Of a DNA stretch of 32,617 nucleotides, positions 26,103 to 32,617 are shown piece by piece. The stretch is taken from positions 1 to 32,617 of the forward strand of contig PMBX01000114.1 of NCBI GenBank assembly GCA_003153915.1, given 5' to 3'. Position numbers and translations under genes: made by a program. The first letter of the stretch is position 1; every line of letters starts with the position of its first letter. This stretch comes from Phycisphaerales bacterium. Its GTDB lineage: Bacteria; Planctomycetota; Phycisphaerae; SM23-33. Under the pieces are notes generated by a model. That model ran no database searches. It saw nothing but the letters and a program-made list of their open reading frames with translations, and had not been told where the DNA came from.

Positions 26103-28016
26103 ATGCGTTCCTGGTTAATCCAAGGTTTGTGGCTGGCGGCGGCTGCGGGATTGGCGGTCGGGGGAGGCGCGCTTCAACGTCCCATGGACGAACGGGGCAG
26201 CCGGTTCGGCCTCAATACCATCGACCGGCAGGTCGCCCAAACGCACCCTTGGGTGGCGTTGGTCAATATAGCCCCAGGCGGATTGCGGGCGCCGATCGTC
26301 GATTACCTCTGGATCCGCGCCGAGAAACTGAAAAACGCCGGACGCTATTTCGACGCCATGCAACTGGCGGACCTGATCTGCACATTGCAGCCACGTTTTC
26401 CGGGGGTGTGGTCCTTCCACTCCTGGAACATGGCCTGGAACATCTCCGTGGCCACGCAGACGAGCGAGGAGCGATGGTTGTGGGTGTCCAACGGTATGAA
26501 GCTTCTACGGGACAAGGGGCTGGCGTATAACCCCCAATCCCTGCTGCTCTACAAGGACCTGGGCTGGGTGTTCTTCTCCAAGATGGGGCAAAACCTCGAC
26601 GACATGCACATGATCTACAAGCGGCGGTGGGCGAGCCAGATGCAACGGCTGCTGGGCGCTCCTCCGACAGGTGAGAACGCCAAGGTGATCGACACATTTC
26701 GAGCCATCGCCGAGGCGCCTCTTGATAAAAACCTCGCCCGTCAAGGCCGCCAGACCATCCAGCCGGACCAACTGGCGGTTCTCCTGAGCGATCCCAACGC
26801 CGCCGATTACGCCAGACAACTGGCGAGATTCGCTGTTGGGATCGACGAAAGCCTGCTGGACGCCTACAATCGTTTCAGTCTCGACGAAGCAGCCAACATC
26901 GTCCGCTACCAACCGCCCTCGCCAAGAACTCCGGAGGAACGTTCCCTAACTAATCTAATCAACAGTCCTGCCTACGTGCAGGCCAGGGGCAAGTTGCTGG
27001 CCTTCGTCCGAGCGCAGGTCCTATGGAATACCTACAAGATGGACCCGCGGTGGATGCTGGGCCTGATGGAAAAATACGACGCGCCGCTGGACTGGCGTCT
27101 GGTCTGGCCGCACGCTCTGTACTGGGTGAGCTACGGGATGCACGTCTGTCAGGATGTTGACCTGGCCAGTATTACGTCCCTGAACACCGACCGCGTCGCC
27201 TTCGCCTCGCTCCAGGCGATGTCCTGGAACGGCAGGATGACATACATGGACAATCCCGAAAATCCCGATCTGCCGATGATTACCCTCTGGTCGGATTGGC
27301 GATATATCGACTCCGTCCATCGCGAGTGGCTGGCGATGATCGAGGAGTTCTGCAAGGCACGGGGAGAGAAGCTGGAAAACAGCGTCCTGAAACCAGGACA
27401 CATCAATTACCTCGTCGCGGCCATCCAGATGCTCTATGTCCAGAACCGCCACGAGAAGGCCCAGGAATACCTGGACTGGATCAAGACCAACTACAAGATG
27501 ACCGGGGATATCTGGGACCTTGACCTGGGTGATTTCGTCGTCAAGTCGCTGACTGACAACGACACGCCCACCATGGATGTAACACGAAGCCAGTTGACCG
27601 CGGCGATGGAGATGGCCTTCTACTTCCTGGCCCTCGGCGACCAGGCCGCCTACCGCGACAACGTTCGCTACGCGCAGCGGCTGTACCAGGCCTATCAGAA
27701 AGCCTCGCAGTTCCAGCGCATCAAGATGGTCGATTTTCAGACCCTCGCCGGCGCGATCGCCGCGCAGATGGTCGTTGAGCCTCGCGCGGTGGGATTGAAC
27801 CTCCCGCTGATCGCCCGCGCGAACCTCTACACCCGGCTGGAACGACAAATCCAACTTGCCGCTTTTGACCGCCTGTCCGGCTCACGGGATTTGCAAAGAC
27901 TCTGCCAGGCTGAAAATCTTGACTTCGATCAGGCATTCCCCACTCCGGTCGGCATCGAGGAATACCGCAGTCAACAGCGGCGGATGCTCCTTCCGGCCGC
28001 CCCACCGTCACCATAA
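26103..28016 (+). CDS. N-terminally anchored 637-aa helical (TPR-like?) protein of unknown function
   Basis: ATG is 2 nt after the permease stop. A single N-terminal hydrophobic segment (LIQGLWLAAAAGLAVGGGAL), then Trp/Tyr-rich, apparently all-helical sequence. No catalytic motif recognised. Confidence 0.65.
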   Translation: MRSWLIQGLWLAAAAGLAVGGGALQRPMDERGSRFGLNTIDRQVAQTHPWVALVNIAPGGLRAPIVDYLWIRAEKLKNAGRYFDAMQLADLICTLQPRFPGVWSFHSWNMAWNISVATQTSEERWLWVSNGMKLLRDKGLAYNPQSLLLYKDLGWVFFSKMGQNLDDMHMIYKRRWASQMQRLLGAPPTGENAKVIDTFRAIAEAPLDKNLARQGRQTIQPDQLAVLLSDPNAADYARQLARFAVGIDESLLDAYNRFSLDEAANIVRYQPPSPRTPEERSLTNLINSPAYVQARGKLLAFVRAQVLWNTYKMDPRWMLGLMEKYDAPLDWRLVWPHALYWVSYGMHVCQDVDLASITSLNTDRVAFASLQAMSWNGRMTYMDNPENPDLPMITLWSDWRYIDSVHREWLAMIEEFCKARGEKLENSVLKPGHINYLVAAIQMLYVQNRHEKAQEYLDWIKTNYKMTGDIWDLDLGDFVVKSLTDNDTPTMDVTRSQLTAAMEMAFYFLALGDQAAYRDNVRYAQRLYQAYQKASQFQRIKMVDFQTLAGAIAAQMVVEPRAVGLNLPLIARANLYTRLERQIQLAAFDRLSGSRDLQRLCQAENLDFDQAFPTPVGIEEYRSQQRRMLLPAAPPSP

Positions 28017-28109
28017 CTCTCCGATAGCCCCTCGACGGACTTCACCACGCCACGACCGTCGGGCCATCCGCCCGCTACGTACCTGGCTCCCGGAGACTTC
28101 AGACCATAC

Positions 28110-28139
28110 TTGTCCACCGTTGGACTCATGCTGTATAGT
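28110..28139 (+). promoter_or_regulatory. Candidate promoter for tRNA-Ser
   Basis: TTGTCC, 18 nt spacer, TATAGT. The -10 element ends 14 nt upstream of the tRNA 5' end. Confidence 0.3.
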
Positions 28140-28153
28140 GTCCGCCTCGGTTA

Positions 28154-28240
<87 letters not shown>

Positions 28241-28329
28241 TTATATATGCCGGATGATTCGGCATGAAGATTACTCTATTACTGCTTGAACCAGTATAGT
28301 GGATGAGAACACACCCGTCGCGCAGCGAC

Positions 28330-28390
28330 ACCGTGGGTTCGACGCGACGAAGTCGCGCCGCGAAGCGAATTCCACCCTCTCCTTTATATG
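28330..28390 (+). pseudogene. Degenerate copy of the tRNA-Ser 3' part (T arm + acceptor 3' strand + flank), interrupted by a 26-nt insertion
   Basis: ACCGTGGGTTCGA (28330-28342) equals 28213-28225. ATTCCACCCTCTCCTTTATATG (28369-28390) matches ATCCCACCCTCTCCGTTATATATG (28226-28249). The two halves are split by CGCGACGAAGTCGCGCCGCGAAGCGA. Confidence 0.55.
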
Positions 28391-28460
28391 TATCGGAAGT
28401 TCCTTCGGTCCTCCGGTCTTATGGTGAGCAGAGGCGAACCACTTTCGGTACTCATGGTCC

Positions 28461-29876
28461 TCACGTCTTGATGGAATCCAGCATGACCACCGCGATAGGA
28501 CCAAACAGCAGGATGGGTACCCAGGCAGCCCAGGCGGCGGGCAATCCCAGGTAGCGGCAGAGGTGGATGAACGCATAGAACGTCGCGACCGTCAGGAGGC
28601 ATAGCGAGGCCGATGCCTTGATATCCCGCTCGCGCGAGAGGATGAAGGGCAGCCCCAGCAGCAGCAGGATGAGGTTGTCGATCGGCTCGGTCACGCGGAC
28701 ATGTTTGACAAGTTTGGCGGCATCGAGGTCCGTGGCGCGACGCAACTGCATTATGTCCGTCAGTTGCCGGCTGGAAAGGTAATCCATCCACCGGCTGGAT
28801 CGGCGAAGTAACAGGTCCTCCTTGGTAAGGTCCGATGGACAAAACGCCCGCCCGTCCTGTAGCTGCCAATATCCCCCACCCTCTTGGCTCCGCCATCTGG
28901 CCGCGACGGCGGCAAAGATACACAGAACCTTCCCTTCCTGAGAACGGAAGGTAAAGGTGGGGTTGCGAAGTTCTCCGGCCAGTTGGTCGTCGTCGGGAAG
29001 CTGTTCGGTCTGGATGTCGCCTGCCAGGGGCCGGTCCAACGCGTACCGGTCAGCCTCGATGCGCATACCATAAAAGGCATCGTCGTCGCTAACGGGGCGA
29101 ACGGCCAGGACAGGGCGGTCACCGGCGGGACGGGACATCGCCGCCTCTCCGGCCAGGCCCCGTTCGACGAGTTTTCGTGGTCCGACGACGGAGTAGACCG
29201 CTCGTGTGTCGGGCGTGTGGGACCACGCAACGCCTTCTCCACCCGCAGGAGAGAGCACGGCGTCCTGGAAGATCCATCCGTCCTTGCCGCGCATCTGTCC
29301 GGGGCTTGCCTCTAACCCGAAAATTCCGGCCACCTGTCGCAGTCGCGAGTCACGCAAGGCCACTACGGGCCGGGCCATCTTGTCTTCCACGGGATTGAAT
29401 GTCTCGCCATACCACACCGACCCTTGCCCATCGGCGATCAAGTGGACCCTGAAGGATTTGCCGACGGCCACGTCATCCCGGTCGCGGGCGAGCTTGTCGG
29501 CGAAGTGCGGAATAACCAACTCCTGGTCCAGCACGATCAGCCCGCCCAACAGCATCGCGCAGAGGACGATGGGCCAGACGACCCGGTGAAGGCTCACTCC
29601 CGACGCCAGGATGGCCACCAGCTCGTTGGTGTGGTTCATCATGGCCAGGGTGAACGTGGCGGCCGCCACGATAATCACCCCTCCCAACTGAGCCACGTAG
29701 GCCAACGACTGGTATCCGTAATAGCTGGCGATGGCCGAGAAGGTTCTTTTCTGCTCGACGAATTCATCCAAATTGATGAACAGGTCGGTAACGATCCTCA
29801 TGGCCATGAGAACGACGAACCATAGGACGGCCGAATATAGAAAGCTTCGGATAATGTAGCGGTCGAGAATTCTCAT
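28461..29876 (-). CDS. lptG: LptF/LptG-family (YjgP/YjgQ) LPS export permease
   Basis: 471 aa. N-terminus MRILDRYIIRSFL, NELVAILASGVSLHRV block, and C-terminal TM bundle. The symbol is assigned only from gene order (second of the pair). Confidence 0.8.
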   Translation of the reverse strand: MRILDRYIIRSFLYSAVLWFVVLMAMRIVTDLFINLDEFVEQKRTFSAIASYYGYQSLAYVAQLGGVIIVAAATFTLAMMNHTNELVAILASGVSLHRVVWPIVLCAMLLGGLIVLDQELVIPHFADKLARDRDDVAVGKSFRVHLIADGQGSVWYGETFNPVEDKMARPVVALRDSRLRQVAGIFGLEASPGQMRGKDGWIFQDAVLSPAGGEGVAWSHTPDTRAVYSVVGPRKLVERGLAGEAAMSRPAGDRPVLAVRPVSDDDAFYGMRIEADRYALDRPLAGDIQTEQLPDDDQLAGELRNPTFTFRSQEGKVLCIFAAVAARWRSQEGGGYWQLQDGRAFCPSDLTKEDLLLRRSSRWMDYLSSRQLTDIMQLRRATDLDAAKLVKHVRVTEPIDNLILLLLGLPFILSRERDIKASASLCLLTVATFYAFIHLCRYLGLPAAWAAWVPILLFGPIAVVMLDSIKT

Positions 29877-29892
29877 GCCGTTTTGGCTAACC

Positions 29893-31584
29893 TCATTTCC
29901 TGGATAAATGCAGATAGACGCACAGGTCGGCGATCATAAGCGCCACGATGCCCCCCCAGATGGCCGAGAGGCCATAGACCGTGGGAAGGTCGATCCGGCG
30001 AACCAACTGTTTGCCCATGAGCATCATGATGATGACAATGGTCGCGGGAATCGCCGCCAGGGCAAAGGCGCTGATAATCTGCCCGCCACGGAACATCAGC
30101 CCCAACGCCGCCCCCATGGCCACCATCAGGAAACAACTGATGCCATAAGCGATCCGCCCATGCAACTCCCCCTTGATCCGGTTGGTCAATCGGGGAATCT
30201 CGTTGAGGTTTAACTCGTCGATGTCCCTGCGAATGCTCTTGCTGGAGGTCATCTCATTTCCACGAAGGCAAATATCCGCCAGAGGGATGCCGGCGGCGCG
30301 GTCCAGGACATCTTTCGGCACGGCCAGGGGTGGGGATTCCCAATCCGTCCGTCGCTGCAATCCCCCGGCGGCGCCCCCGGATACGGTCACGCCGTCCTTC
30401 AGCGACAGCGTCGCCTTCGGGGCGTCCTGGCCCAGTGCCCAGTTTATTTCAATGGAACCACTCTCGGCCCGAATGATCTGTCGCACCAGGCCGTCCCGCT
30501 TGACGGCCACCTCCACCGACCGCGTAACCTGGCCGTCACGGGCCTGCGACCGCAAGGCGACGGTCTCCTTGTCCGTCACCTCGGCGCCCGCGGCGCGGAT
30601 GGCGTAGGTTTCGCCCTCCAGGGTCAGGCCTTCATAGGACCTGGCGGCGTTGACTTCCGAGGCTATTTCCCGCGACAGGACATCGTTGGCGAGCCTTCGC
30701 TGGATCTTGGTAAGCAGCGAGGCGATCTCGGAATTGGCGGCCGGGTCCTTCAGCGTCCCCAAGAGGCGGTCCCATTCATACCATGAGGCATCCTCCCGGA
30801 CGCGGTCGCTCAACAGCCGCGGGGGAAGCGGCATGGAAGCCTGCTCGATGATGTCACGGCTACTGGTCCGCATGACCGTCGGACGGATCAACGAAACGGT
30901 CACGAAGGTCCGCCCGTCGCTTTGGTCGAACTGGACGACGGCATTGGAGGCCGTCAGGATGCGGATGTCGTCCTTCTTGCGCCCATCGACGGCCACCACG
31001 CCACGGAGGTCCAATGTATCGTGGTCCTGCTCGACGCTGTCGGCGTGGACAACCTGCTGTCCGCGGTCGTAATCAACATAGCCCTGCGTGCGGAACCGCT
31101 GCCGGACGATGCCCAGAACATTGGCCTTGGCCGACTGCTCTGTCAACTGCATCATCTTTGGAGTAATGTAATTGCTCAGCAGAAGCGATAGCACGGTCAC
31201 CACCGCACCCAGCGCCATGGCGGGCTTCAATACCCGCACCGTTGACAGGCCGCTGGCCCGGCAAGCGGTCAGTTCATTGTCCTGGGCAAATCGCCCGTAG
31301 ACGATCGTCGAGGCAAACAGCGCCGCCACCGGCAGCGTCAATGACAGCGTGATGGGCACCGTGTAGGCCAGCAGCGCAGCCAGTTGCCCCGCGGCCAGGC
31401 CCTCCTTGCGCAGCGGCTCGATGATGGCGAAGATCGTCATCACCAACGTAAAGGCCACCAGTGCCAGGCCGGTGACCTTGGCCAACTCGCGAGTCAGGAA
31501 CACTCCCAGCGTCTTGATCAACTCTATCGTTCTCCGCCAAGGATGCGCCGCGGCGTCCAACGGCCCGGACGCACCGCATGGCAC
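29893..31584 (-). CDS. lptF: LptF/LptG-family (YjgP/YjgQ) LPS export permease
   Basis: 563 aa from GTG 31584, which has GAGG about 6 nt upstream. An in-frame TTG at 31521 is an alternative start. NELTACRASGLS block and TM bundles at both ends. The symbol is assigned only from gene order. Confidence 0.75.
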   Translation of the reverse strand: MPCGASGPLDAAAHPWRRTIELIKTLGVFLTRELAKVTGLALVAFTLVMTIFAIIEPLRKEGLAAGQLAALLAYTVPITLSLTLPVAALFASTIVYGRFAQDNELTACRASGLSTVRVLKPAMALGAVVTVLSLLLSNYITPKMMQLTEQSAKANVLGIVRQRFRTQGYVDYDRGQQVVHADSVEQDHDTLDLRGVVAVDGRKKDDIRILTASNAVVQFDQSDGRTFVTVSLIRPTVMRTSSRDIIEQASMPLPPRLLSDRVREDASWYEWDRLLGTLKDPAANSEIASLLTKIQRRLANDVLSREIASEVNAARSYEGLTLEGETYAIRAAGAEVTDKETVALRSQARDGQVTRSVEVAVKRDGLVRQIIRAESGSIEINWALGQDAPKATLSLKDGVTVSGGAAGGLQRRTDWESPPLAVPKDVLDRAAGIPLADICLRGNEMTSSKSIRRDIDELNLNEIPRLTNRIKGELHGRIAYGISCFLMVAMGAALGLMFRGGQIISAFALAAIPATIVIIMMLMGKQLVRRIDLPTVYGLSAIWGGIVALMIADLCVYLHLSRK

Positions 31585-31691
31585 TTTAGCCTCTGGGGCG
31601 GCGCGAGTCCATCCCCTTCCACGCGACGGGAGGCGACAAACTCCTGCGGCACCACCGTAAATTTCGGCGAGACGGTGTTGGAAGCCACAAA

Positions 31692-31732
31692 ACTCATCTT
31701 ACTCATCTTGAGGAAAGGTTCGAGGAAAGGTT
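31692..31732 (+). repeat. Two adjacent short tandem duplications immediately upstream of the hppA -35 element
   Basis: ACTCATCTT occurs twice (31692-31700 and 31701-31709). GAGGAAAGGTT occurs twice (31710-31720 and 31722-31732) with one C between the copies. Confidence 0.8.
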
Positions 31733-31761
31733 TTGACAAGCGCCGCGGCAGTTTCTATATT
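31733..31761 (+). promoter_or_regulatory. Candidate sigma70-like promoter for hppA
   Basis: TTGACA, 17 nt spacer, TATATT. The -10 element ends 56 nt upstream of the ATG at 31818. Confidence 0.45.
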
Positions 31762-31817
31762 CCTCTGCCATTCTCGGCCAATGAGTGGCCGACACGCCCA
31801 AGGAAACCGGAGTTTCC

Positions 31818-32617
31818 ATGATCCAGGACATGATGCGACGTTTGAGACAAGGCAAGGTTCGCACGGGCTATCTGGTGCTGTTGGCGGTGTTTTTTCTGGG
31901 CGCTTACGCCTGGACGGCAGCCGGCGGCGCCACGGTTGGTGCTGGCGCCTTGATGGTTCAAGAGAAGTCCTTTCGGTTCTTCGCCCCCCTGACGGATTAC
32001 GCCCTAGGGGAGCGAGCGGCTCTGCTGGTCGTGCTGGCCATCGCCCTGGCGGGGCTGGTTTACGCGATGATGCTGGTCAAGCAGGTCAAGCGGGCCGACC
32101 AGGGCACGCCGCGGATGCAGGAGATCGCCGCGGCAGTCCGCGAAGGCGCCAACGCCTACATGTCCGCCCAGTTCAAGAAGATCGGACCGCTGATCGTCAT
32201 CCTGACGGTCGTGCTTTGGTTCACCAAGATGCACGAACCGGCTTACGCCTGGGGGCGGGCGGGGGCGTTCCTTGCCGGTTCGCTGTTCAGTTGGATGGTG
32301 GGCTTCGTCGGCATGAGACTGGCCACCACGGGCAACCTCCGCGTGGCGGCAGCGGCGCGCAAGAGTTACGGCGAGGCCATGCAACTGGGCTATCGGACGG
32401 GCACCATCACAGGAATGCTCACCGACGGCCTGGGGCTGCTGGGCGGGACGATCATCTTCTTGATCTACGGCGAGCGGGCCTATGAGGCCCTGTTGGGCTT
32501 CGGGTTCGGTGGCACGCTGCTGGCGTTGTTTATGCGAGTCGGAGGTGGAATCTACACCAAGGCCGCCGACGTCGGAGCGGACCTGGTGGGTAAGATCGAA
32601 AAGGACATCCCCGAGGA
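31818..32617 (+). CDS. hppA: Membrane-bound ion-translocating pyrophosphatase, 5' partial (continues beyond the window)
   Basis: Not in the ORF track because it has no stop inside the window. My hand translation from ATG 31818 is open to the end: [13 protein letters not shown]...[26 protein letters not shown]...[19 protein letters not shown]...[40 protein letters not shown]. These are hallmark H+/Na+-PPase blocks. GGAG lies 5 nt upstream of the ATG. Confidence 0.9.
   Translation, partial: [266 protein letters not shown]

Noticed and set aside
27021-27854. 277-aa minus-strand ORF
   Set aside because: It is antisense to the 637-aa gene, and its composition (Val/Gly/Asp/His/Arg-rich) is typical of a shadow frame.
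23267-28016. Calling the ATPase/permease/large-protein trio a gliding-motility GldA/GldF/GldG-type transporter
   Set aside because: The ATPase signature (xSKGxxQRxGLAQAL) and the presence of a large accessory protein are reminiscent of that system. However, the domain layout differs: the large soluble region is inside the permease, and the third protein has one anchor rather than two. I cannot verify homology without searches.
17047-28016. Interpreting the SPFH/ABC locus as an anti-phage defence island
   Set aside because: I saw no nuclease, helicase, methylase, TIR/SIR2, protease, reverse transcriptase or toxin-like domain. No mobile-element genes flank it, and by eye its composition matches the surrounding genes. 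A housekeeping membrane complex is more parsimonious.
31733-32485. 250-aa plus-strand ORF
   Set aside because: It is an out-of-frame shadow of hppA, and its first codons overlap the candidate hppA promoter.

Overview
GC-rich, densely coding bacterial chromosomal window. I saw no CRISPR array, transposase, integrase or phage genes. I support 27 protein-coding genes and 2 tRNAs.

Gene content, left to right:
- a secreted serine hydrolase
- a DegT-type sugar aminotransferase
- a secreted protein of unknown function
- tRNA-His(GUG) on the minus strand, with a promoter-like signal and a clean rho-independent terminator
- a small membrane protein
- an atypical receiver-domain protein
- a Nudix / nucleotide-sugar dehydrogenase / SAM-methyltransferase / SDR epimerase-dehydratase operon
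- MarC
- hemB, abutting a Nudix-like gene
- a minus-strand string of PTPS(QueD-like), mcsA, mcsB and a GT9 heptosyltransferase
- a P1B heavy-metal ATPase without an N-terminal metal-binding domain
- an ~11 kb membrane locus (17047-28016)
- tRNA-Ser(GGA) on the plus strand, followed by a degenerate partial second copy
- two LptF/LptG-type permeases with enlarged periplasmic domains
- the 5' part of the membrane pyrophosphatase gene hppA, which runs off the window and is missing from the ORF track

The 17047-28016 locus is the most interesting part. Three consecutive SPFH (HflK/HflC-like) paralogs are followed on the same strand by an ABC ATPase, an ABC-2 permease and a 637-aa anchored helical protein. 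A second ABC-2 permease paralog is divergently transcribed.

The LPS genes (GT9, LptFG) indicate a diderm. The overall gene content is reminiscent of Planctomycetota/PVC-type genomes, but that is only an impression. All family calls come from motifs read by eye in the supplied translations. No HMM, BLAST or folding computation was run.
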